The position numbers and the translations under genes were made by a program. Shown piece after piece: positions 54,196 through 64,000 of a stretch of 64,000 bases of DNA (the stretch's first letter is position 1; each line of letters starts with the position of its first letter). The notes beneath the pieces are model-generated. The model was not told the DNA's origin. It made no database searches and saw nothing but the letters and a program-made list of their open reading frames with translations. The stretch comes from Bigelowiella natans CCMP2755. Taxonomy: Eukaryota; Protista; Cercozoa. The stretch spans positions 11,298 to 75,297 of the forward strand of contig ADNK01000282.1 in NCBI GenBank assembly GCA_000320545.1, written 5' to 3'.

Positions 54196-55087
54196 TGGGA
54201 CCACACAATGGCATTCTTCAGCTACATCAGGTGACACTTCATTGAACAAATTTGATCCATCAATGTAAGGGCATTAAAGTCTCTATTCGTGTACATGGTC
54301 TAGCTCTTGTTCGTGCACGAATCAAATTCGGTGGTCGAAATGTTGTCGTCTGGATGTCACAATGCACTGATGTGTGCATGTGTCTTGATCGACTCTAGCT
54401 AGCTCTGCACAGCTAGATAGCATTCGCATGTGTAAGACGGATGTAACCAATAATCAAATGTGTGCATCACGTGCATGCATAAAGCAGGCTGGACACGTCT
54501 AGCAGACGTGTGGAAATGATCAAGTGCTATGGTGCACATGTGAGACAGAAATTGAAATTTTGCAAATAAATATGCTAGTATGCTATATATGATAGTTATT
54601 GCTTCGATCATGGAGACAAAGCAAAGGAGCAGCAAGTGCCTGTGTCTCTGTTGGCGCATTTCACAAAGTTCGATCTCACAAGTGAACTTGCTTCATTATT
54701 GACGTACCAGCACAATATGCCAGGTAGCATATGCTAGTATATGTGGTGTCAATCAGCACGCAACATATGCAACATTATGTTATCACTTGCAATTAAGAGC
54801 CACGTTCGTTGGTTGTGACTCCAGCGAAGAACAACCACATGCGACACGAATGCATCTGCCGTTGACTCATGATATGGCTAGATGTAAGTAATCTGACAAA
54901 ACGCTTAAAGTTGCACACATGTGCTGCAAGTGTATCCACATTGCTGTGTCTCCATTCTAGCATTCGCCCATGACAGACGGGAAGAACGTCTCTGATCTCA
55001 TCATCAGATCTGAAATACGACTCATTTACGCTTATGCTGCATTAAGGGCATGTGTCGGTATGTCGTTCGTGGTCCATGCCCTGCTCC

Positions 55088-57341
55088 TTAGTTTTTCTTC
55101 TCTTCTGCCATCTTCTTCTTGAGGCGTGCGAGAGCGCGCTAATTATCAAACACACAACTGAGAATCTGGCCAATTGATTTTGAGCTTGCAATATATTTGC
55201 TCCATCTCACAAAGCCCATATAACATGCCAATAGAAACCAACCTTCGGCATGTACTTCTTTGCCTCCTCCAGTTCGCGATCCATGAGCCACAACTGACGG
55301 TAAGGGAAGAAAATTCGCGTTATGTGGAGGTAAAATAACGGGGGGTTGGATCCAAGACAACTTCAGCTTTGTTTTGTTAGTCATCATTGTCGTTCACCTT
55401 TCCTTTGCCAGCACCCTTGACTTCCTGCTTAACCTTCTCAAGATATTCCGTAGCCTGATATCAATGAACCCACGAGGATAAGTAAGATTATTGAAGACAC
55501 AACATATAATATATGACACATCGTGAGTATCACTACTTTTTCGATCGCAGTCTCGGCGGCAATTACAGCGTCTTCAGATGCCTGCAACAGAATTTCATAA
55601 GTGATACTTTTAAGCTACCACGCTAAAGAGTTATCTCAAAGAAGAACAAAACCTGTTTCGCTGCTTTCGCTTGTTTTGCATCAGCTTCTGCTTTCTCACG
55701 TGCCTCCACTGCTTTGCCCGTAATCTAAACAGTGTCACGATAGGCATGAGCCTACAGCAGCAAGGAAAATTTGCCTATAGAAGGCTACTACCCTTGCAGC
55801 CTTCTTTGTTGCTTTTTGACACTTCTTCACGACTGCAGCTTGAGTGATTTTAGCCTGCAAAAGGAAATCATTTCCACTCTATTAAATAAGGAAGAAAGCA
55901 AACTAAATGGTGCCGTGACCTTTTGAAGAGGGAGAGGATCTTTAGCAAGAAGCTGTTGGAGCATGTTGGCCGCTTTGTTGCGCTTCACCACACCGAGGGA
56001 CATGTTCTATAACACACCGATATTGATAATTCACGTCTCCTAATTAGGAACTAATAATCCAATCAATTCACAAGCAAATGCAGCATACCTTAGATTTTTT
56101 TTTCAGGTTTTCTTTCTTCGTAGCAAGTTTTTTCTCTTCAGCTTTGAGAGCATCCTGGAACACACACACATTAATGTTATTTCTATCCTTGTACCACAGG
56201 CAGATAGCCTTACATGATGCTATCTATACCTCTGCAGCAGTTTGCTCACCCTGGACCTTTCGGAGCTCAGCTTCAACCTGCATGAGTAGGGGTGAGTTGA
56301 GTAATACACATGAATTTTTGTGTAATATGTGCGCGCATCGTGCTTGAGCGACTGAGGCATCTACGTCGCACCTTTTTGGCCTCATTCTCTGCCTTCACCG
56401 CACTGAGCCTGGAGTTCTCTGCAGTTTCTGCTGCCTCCGTTGCTTTAATTGCAGCCTAAGTCATTTATGCGCTCAGGTTTCGTAGGGATTAACCAGAGAA
56501 TGATATTCATCTTCATCTCTCCGACCTCCTTTGACTTTTCGCAATCTGCCTGAGCTTTCTCTAAAAGGCTCTGCGCTTTGTTGATTTTTTCCATATCTGC
56601 CTCTCCTTGGGATGCATTCACCAGTTTGTGCACATCGGCCTAATGTTGTAAAGAATCACGCACAGCGCTAACTATTCGTTCGGAATGGACGAAAAAGAAT
56701 CGAGTAGGAGGTACCTCATGGTTGTAGATGAGGAACTCGGTCAAGGATACATGCTTGTTGAAATCGATCTAATGCAAATAAAATGTATCAGGGTTGAATT
56801 AAGAGAAGGAAAGAAAGAATATATGACTCACATCAATCTCGCGAAGTTTCTCACGCATGTCCTTTACAGATAGGGTCATGCCAAAGTTCTCCAAGAAACG
56901 GTGCGCGTCAAATTCGTTCAGTTCACATCTACACGATATATCATTGGAAGAAGAGATTATGTATTATAAAAGCAAATAGCCGACGCCAATATTTATCATC
57001 GAGAATGTGAAAATCTTACCCTTTCTTCTTCTTCTTCAAGTCGAGTTCAATGAACTTGTTCATGTATTTCCAAATCTTTGAACGAAAGTATGCAAATCCT
57101 CAGCTCACGAAACGAATGTCTTAGTCAATTTATACCATCTCACAAGCATCTTTTTTGCCTTCGAACTTGTCAACCCAGAACGCATTTAAGAACCAGATCG
57201 CCTGAACACACGTTAAACTTTCACCACCTTCCTCTTCGGACATATGCCTAAAGTTTGTTCGAAAGTAAATCCTCTCACCTGCTCGCGATATGGTTTCGAA
57301 CTGATTTCCTTGAGTTTTACCAGATCTTTCTTATCTACCAT
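55088..57341 (-). CDS. Calcium-regulated actin-bundling protein (ABP34/34-kDa type; EF-hand plus C-terminal bundling domain)
   Basis: Spliced PYREQ|AIWFLNAFW, ELNEFDAHRFLE..MREKLREID|IDFNKHVSLTEFLI, GVVKRNKAANMLQQLLAKDPLPL, AKITQAA and LWLMDRELEEAKKYMPK match the Dictyostelium ABP34 family. Confidence 0.88.
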
Positions 57342-57894
57342 GGTTGGGGTTTTCTTCGTGTTCCTCTTCGGGGGTTTGTGGAAGGGGGAGGTTGGTTGGG
57401 ATATGCTTTCCCCTTGATAACCAAACTAGCTTGATATTATTTCTCCCTTTTTTCACATAATTCTTGGAATTCTCTCTGTCGCAACCCAGAGACTTCAACA
57501 TGTTTGCTCGCCTGCTTCTTTTCTGCCTCCTGTCCCGCGGTATTCCACCAAATCTCCAGAAAACCCCCCAATGATCTCTGGAGATACCTTCGAGATGATC
57601 CGAGAGCTTTCGGCTGCACCGCTCTTAAGGAAGTTCACTCGTAGTTTGATGATGGTGCATCAAGTAATTCGTTGAGACAAGATCTATGTGCTCGGGTAAC
57701 TAAAAATGTCCTTCGGATTTGAGGCATTTTGGGAGAAAATACAGGCTATATTCATGCGACGACAAAGCAAGTTCTCGCTAGTTGCTTAGATTGCTGGGCG
57801 AGCTGAGCCTTGAGTGAGCAACTAATTTGGAAAGGAGCCTGTGAAGAAGATACACGCTTGCTGCCCGCAGCTTGCCATCAATACAAACGCGCTG

Positions 57895-59416
57895 ATGGAC
57901 GGTGGCAAGAGTCTCGAAGCGAAACTTGATCGTATCCTGTCGCTGTTGGAGCCCGAGACTAAGCTCTCAGAAACCGATGAGAGCGAGGCTCCAGTGACGG
58001 ATGTCGGCATGACCGCTTACGTGAAGGTCTTTGCTCCTTCTCATGAATCCCAACTATATTTTGAGAATCCTCATGTACTCGACAGGAAATTAATCAGTTG
58101 AAGAAAACACTGCAAGAGGTCCTGACTGTGATTTGCGATTTGTGGTTTCTTCGGCGATTGATCGGTTAATCACTCTATGTTGTGTGCTTAACAGAAAGAG
58201 AGAGAGTTAGATATTGTTCGCCGGACGCTGCTGGAAAGGCAGGTAGCTGTTTAATCGCAGCCAAAAGTTGCACCACCCTCCATTCTGATGTAATTTCCTT
58301 TGATATTAGTGGAAAAGCTACGAAGAAAAGTGCAAGGCACCCATCCAAGTAATTAACTTGTTTGCCAACGAGTTTCTAATTTTGGTGATGACTTCATGAT
58401 GACCACTGTGCACACATGCACGAGATGATGAATGGAAGTTGCAACAAGTGATAATGCCATGAATACTACCTGGGCTGCATATTTGTTGTTTTTGCTGCTG
58501 TTGTACTTAACAAGGTTCCGGTTGGAGGCTCCGTTGCACGGATTACTAGAAGAGGATCTGTAGAGGTGGTGTTTCCATGTTCATTATATGATGGTCATAA
58601 TCATGAATGATGGCGAGAATTAAAACATTCATAGAGCAAAATCAGGCTGATGTAGATGCAGCACATGGAGCCCCTGATAAATTCCGCTTAAATATTGTTA
58701 TGTTGTCGGATACACACAGCTCAACCAAATGGAGGCGGAACAGTATACGCAAAAGTGCCCAATTTTGCCTGAAAATAAGGTATTAATCGAGATAGGTTAT
58801 TGTTCAGAGGAGTTACTTTCTCCAACCGACCTTCACAGCATGTGACCGTCCCCTCCCCCCCCCCTCTCTTACCACCACCACACGTTCCACCTATGTGTTT
58901 GTCCTATTAGCGGGGGAAAGTGTTGTTCCGGTTGCTAAAAGCTACAGATAAGAAGTGCTACTTCCTTTGTCCTGACTTTAAGATCAACAAAGTGCCGCAG
59001 TCCACGAACCTGGTCTACTATGACGACAACGAATATATTATTAGCGATGTTATCTTCTATGTTCAGTAGTCATGGCCCTGTCTATGTGTGTTTGTGTGTG
59101 TGTGTGCTCGCGCTCCACAGTGTAAGTAAGCTTTCACCACTTAGCTCTCATTCATAGGACGCGTCAACGTGGTCGTTGTCATTTAAACAACTACTTACCC
59201 GTCCTTGGTTTTGGCCATGACCGTGTTGTATGCTTTCTCTCAGGTAAGACTCAAGTGGGTTGAAACGCCTCGACGAGTGTTACTAATTAAAAAACCCCGA
59301 GATGACCAAATTCTTAAGGTCGAAAGATGTTAGATCTCTCTTCCTGTGTTCGTGATCGTTATGTTGTCGTAAAAAAATTGTCTCTCCGCATCATGTGCGT
59401 GGATGTGTGTGCGTGG

Positions 59417-59457
<41 letters not shown>

Positions 59458-60340
59458 GTTTTGACACGCGTCTTGAGATGAGTATTGAATGCTAAGATGG
59501 CCAAAGAGATCTCAAAATGGCTGGTGACACAGAAGGTAATAACAACGCAGACAGACAGAAACCCTCTCCTCTCCCCCTCCCTCCCGTCCGCACGTAATCC
59601 GAGTTCCATTGCTGATTTATCTATGTATCGATCATAAATTTCAATGCGGACGAATGATAACATGATGTTTTGTGTCTCACTCCACCCCCCCCCCCCCACC
59701 TCTCCTCCTCTTTCGTAACATTTTGTGTGCAGGTGGAGGTGCTCGTGGAACCCATTGTCAAAAGGACCGAGCTGGCCAATGAGCCGTAATTGCTACCTAT
59801 TTGATATAAGAACTGTACATAGAGTCAAACGTCAGCATCACTGACAGTACAAGGAATTCAGTGTGTATGCGCTTTTTAAAGTACCCTCCCGCCCCTCCTA
59901 CCTCCTCCTCCTCCTCTTCCATTTTAGGAGTGTGAAAGCATACACCGATGAGGACGCTGGGAAATTAGAAGAGATTGTAAGAACAAGCTGATGAAATTTG
60001 CCTAGAGAACCACGTTGAGGAGAGAGAGAGGGAGAGAGAGAGAGAGAGAGACCCATTTTAAATGATGCACGATTGCGGCTTTTTGAAACGTGAAGAAACT
60101 TACGACGAAGAGAAGGGGGAGGAATAGCACCAGGCACAGCACTGCACACACACAATGCACACACTCTGCCTCTCCCTCCCCCCCCTAACCCTAACCCCCC
60201 CCTCTGTTGTATTGTCATAATTTCAGGTCGATTTCGTTGTCTGCCTCGGAGGTATTATTTTGTTGGTGTAATAATAGAATTACTAAGTCACTACTTCGGT
60301 GATGCGTTTATATTATATCTGATGCGTATAGATTATGTGC

Positions 60341-60381
<41 letters not shown>

Positions 60382-60594
60382 TGTGTGTGTGTGTGTGTGT
60401 GCACAACGATAACTACCATCATAATCATCGCACTACAGGGGATGGCACGCTCCTCTGGTTATCGAATCTCTTCAAGTACAGCCACCGCATTTTCCTTTCT
60501 TCATCGTCCTCCTTTCTTCCCTATCGAAATGATTTGCGGCGGGATGATGAGCTGCATGCACAACAATGAATCATTATCGTCCTTATCATATATG

Positions 60595-60632
<38 letters not shown>

Positions 60633-61208
60633 GTGAAATCGCAAGCAGTCCTTACCACTGTACTTTGCCTTGATATAATCAATACGCACACCACCGTAAG
60701 CATAAGTGAGCTTTCCGTTTCTTCTGCTGTGCTGGCAATACTACAAATTGGTAGGGAAAGCGTGCCCCCAGTCATATCGTTCGCAATGGGGTATGTACCC
60801 ACCAGCACTAGCACTACATCGTATACCATCAGAAGGAAGATCGCTGTGACAGATGAACTCGCGAGAAGAAGACAGATGCACGCATTATGTAGAAACATAT
60901 GCATGCAGGGAGGGGGGGGGAGGAATGGTGTGAATAAATCTTGTGTATATTTGCTAGTTCCCTGGGCTTTCTGACCCCGTTTCCGGCAACATCGTAATAT
61001 TATATATCTAAACATCTATATATATATATATATATATACATACATACATATATGTATATCTGTTTTGTGTTATGTGTTGATCGTGTTACTGTTGTGTGAC
61101 CAAGTGAGATGAAATGAGAACAATCCTCCACCCCCCTCCCTTTCCCTCTCCTCTCTCAACAACAACAACAGCAACAATAATGAAACAAATGCTCATCATT
61201 AGTATTAT

Positions 61209-61251
<43 letters not shown>

Positions 61252-62813
61252 TATATATAATGTATACATACATTGTACATCGATACCCGACAGCTACGAG
61301 CACTATCTCAAGCAAACACTTAGAGGCGGCTTCTACCTTACTCTGCGGTAATACTAATAATACAAATAATAATGATGATGATGATGAATGTATGTGAGGA
61401 GGTGAGACAAAGATACATTTGCCAAGAAGTCTACTTTCGCTGCAAACTTAATACAGAAGTGTGATACCCTTCCTCTCCCTCTCCGCCCCCCTTCCGACCC
61501 TAACCTCCTCCCCTTTTGTCCCCTATCAGCTCTCGTCTGCACATAACGATCGAGCGGCGTGGAACGGCTCACGGGAAGAAGGGGAGGTTGCAATGAGAGC
61601 TGCTACTGAATTATAAAAAAACGAACAAACAACACAGCATGTTATATATCAGAAGTCCCCCCTTGATTACTCACTCACTATCATTCGTTCGTTCTACCAG
61701 AAGGGGGGCAGCTCCTGGAGCGTCCGCGTCCTCCTCTACCGCTTCTTCATCATCGCACATAAGCAAACTGCGGGGGTCGGTATCTCATGAGCAACTTATC
61801 AAGTCCCCCCCCCCCCCCCCCTCCTCTTCGCCTTTCCCCCTATAATTCGACTTCTGTGGCGAGGAGGATGATGAAAACATATAGAGATGTGTCGTATCCG
61901 CGGCGACCAGAATGTTTATCTTTGGTTTGAGTTTTTTCTTCTCCTCCTCCTTCAACTACCAGCAACACACACACACACACACACACTCACACACACACAC
62001 ACACTCACACACTCACACATTCACACGCATACAGGAAGTTCGAAACTATTGCAGAGAACGGCAATGAGCAAATCAAGAAGAAAACTCAGAGAGGTTGTAG
62101 TCATCATGATGGTCAATGATTGTAATGCAAACCAACATCTCTTGGATGCACTATATCTCCTCCTCCCTCTCCTCCTCCTCCTCCTCCTCTTCGTGCATAT
62201 TCTATCACTTTCACCGCATAGCGATGGTGATGTCGATGATGGTTATAACAATGATGCTAATTGTGAGTAGGTAAGGGTAGTAGAGTCCCAGAAGGTCCCA
62301 CCCCCCAGCACCCAGAACTACCGGTTGATGATGACAACGCTGAGGCTGTCGCGGCAGCAACGGCACTAGCGGCATCGATTGCAAAAAATGATAGTAATGA
62401 TATTATTCACGAATCGAAGGCCAAAGTCGCCCCCTCGGAAAGCCAGCACATCGTGGTAGTAGAAGTGGTAGTAGTAGGGTTAGGAAATTGCAGTTTGTCC
62501 TTTCTTTACTTTTTCCTCGCAGCATTATCTATGTACATCGCATGCTTTCTTTTCTCTTCCTAGAGCTCACTACACGACCGTCGCATCAGTAAAAACACAC
62601 CGAGGAGAAGATATACCTTCCTTGCCCTCCTCAACCCCCCCTCCCCCCCCCCTTCCTGTCCTCCTTCCTCCCCATCGCTGTCTATCATGTCGCAACGTGC
62701 TCATGCTAGCGCGCAAGCATCACAGGAGACCACATATACTCTTCTCCTCAACTGGGGAAAGCAGAGCCTAAGAGTGGGTGAACACAACGCCATCCATGCA
62801 CGTATACTACTAG

Positions 62814-62846
<33 letters not shown>

Positions 62847-63722
62847 CACTGCTAGTACTACTAATACTACTATTCTACATATGCAACAAGACACATAGCA
62901 TACATATTGGTGGGATGTTTGCCATACGTCTTTGGCTTCGTCCTTGACCTTCCCATCCGTCTGACGACTCCGGCTGCTGTAAAGCTCGGAAGAACATCGC
63001 CACGCCGGAAAGAATAATGCGCAACCCCGTCTTGATGATGGCGGCAAAAGCAGAGTGACGTCCTGTAGGATGATGATGCCGTCGTCGTCGTCTCGAAATG
63101 GCAGTTGTCATCGCGATGAATCGAAGCGCTCCGCCTAAAGTAAGTATTGGGTGCGTTGTCAGGTTCAACCGTGACGAGAGAGTACTTCACTGCACTAAAT
63201 GAGGTGAGGGAGGAGTCTTTGTTATCATTCGTGCTATATAAACGCGACTCAAACACACTCACATACGCACAGAGGGGAGGGGTGGAGGGGAGGAGAGAGA
63301 AAAGAACTATATCTCCAACACAAACAATTATGAATAATCCATTTTGAACGTTGACCGTGTTGCCTCTGAGCTTGAGAGATGCGTATAGCATATATCTGAT
63401 CATGTTTGATGATGCCAATCCCCCCCCCCCCCCCTTCGCAATATCATCTAGGTTATCGTTGACAACGCTAAGAATTCATCACTGACGAATCTCGACTGCT
63501 ACTCGGATGGGGTATCTATCTCTCCTCTCCCCTTGCTCCCCTTCTTCTTCCTCCCTCTCTCCACCATCAGTATTGCTTCGCCCTCATTATTATTTACGTT
63601 AATCGTGATTATGCTATTATCACCATCATCATCGTCAGGTATTCACTACCAAATGCCAGGGTGATGGCTTGATTGTCGCGACACCGACTGGATCCACAGC
63701 GTATTCTCTCTCAGCGGTAGGA

Positions 63723-63757
<35 letters not shown>

Positions 63758-64000
63758 TGCTGCCATCATCTTGAATCCCTAACCCCCCTCCCCCCTTTCC
63801 TCCCTCCCTCCGTACAATCGAAAGGGCGGTTCCATGGTCCATCCGCAAGTTCCAGGGATTTTGTTCACGCCGGTGAGTCGGTTTGCTCATTGGTCGCACG
63901 TCATGTTGTTCAATTGCATGTCGCCGTTGATTGAGTCTGCGTGAAAGAGGATTATCATCTTTAAAACGACCACCACAGTCCAACCACCGTATTAATCCTC
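57895..64000 (+). CDS. NADK: NAD(+) kinase, multi-exon, 3' end beyond the window
   Basis: Exons VRLKWVETPRRVLLIKKP, VDFVVCLG|GDGTLLWLS (GGDG motif), VPPVISFAMG|SLGFLTPF, ALNE|VIVD, QGDGLIVATPTGSTAYSLSA|GGSMVHPQVPGILFTP. Confidence 0.92.

Noticed and set aside
59732-59789. Stop at 59787-59789 ending a separate gene that starts at 57895
   Set aside because: The TAA lies within a GT donor (cc|gtaatt), and downstream exons continue the NAD kinase
1-64000. tRNA/rRNA genes, Introner-type repeated introns, alternative genetic code
   Set aside because: None were recognised by eye. Introns are not dispersed copies, and conserved genes translate correctly with the standard code. tRNAscan and Infernal were not run.

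Overview
Eukaryotic (protist) nuclear DNA with compact genes, many short GT-AG introns and abundant intronic microsatellites. A rhizarian/chlorarachniophyte-like origin is my inference only. Manual splicing gives about 11 genes: PLD-type cardiolipin synthase (+), intronless ankyrin-repeat protein (-), coiled-coil hypothetical (+), a tentative small gene (-), a 14-kb gene with signal peptide, about 10 SH3/KOW-like repeats and two F5/8C domains (+), BTG/Tob (-), Sec24 (+), an intronless signal-peptide + YEATS-like + amidoligase (COOH-NH2 ligase) fusion (+) next to a decayed DIRS-like RNase H fragment, a NO VEIN-like sacsin-ATPase/DUF3883 nuclease (-), a secretory JmjC/cupin oxygenase (+), an ABP34-type actin-bundling protein (-) and an NAD kinase (+, runs off the window). 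The most notable observations are the YEATS-amidoligase fusion and a near-strict alternation of gene strand, in which every convergent junction carries a distinctive palindrome-rich (TGCA/CATG/CTAG) tract. Domain calls come from motif recognition by eye; no database search was run.
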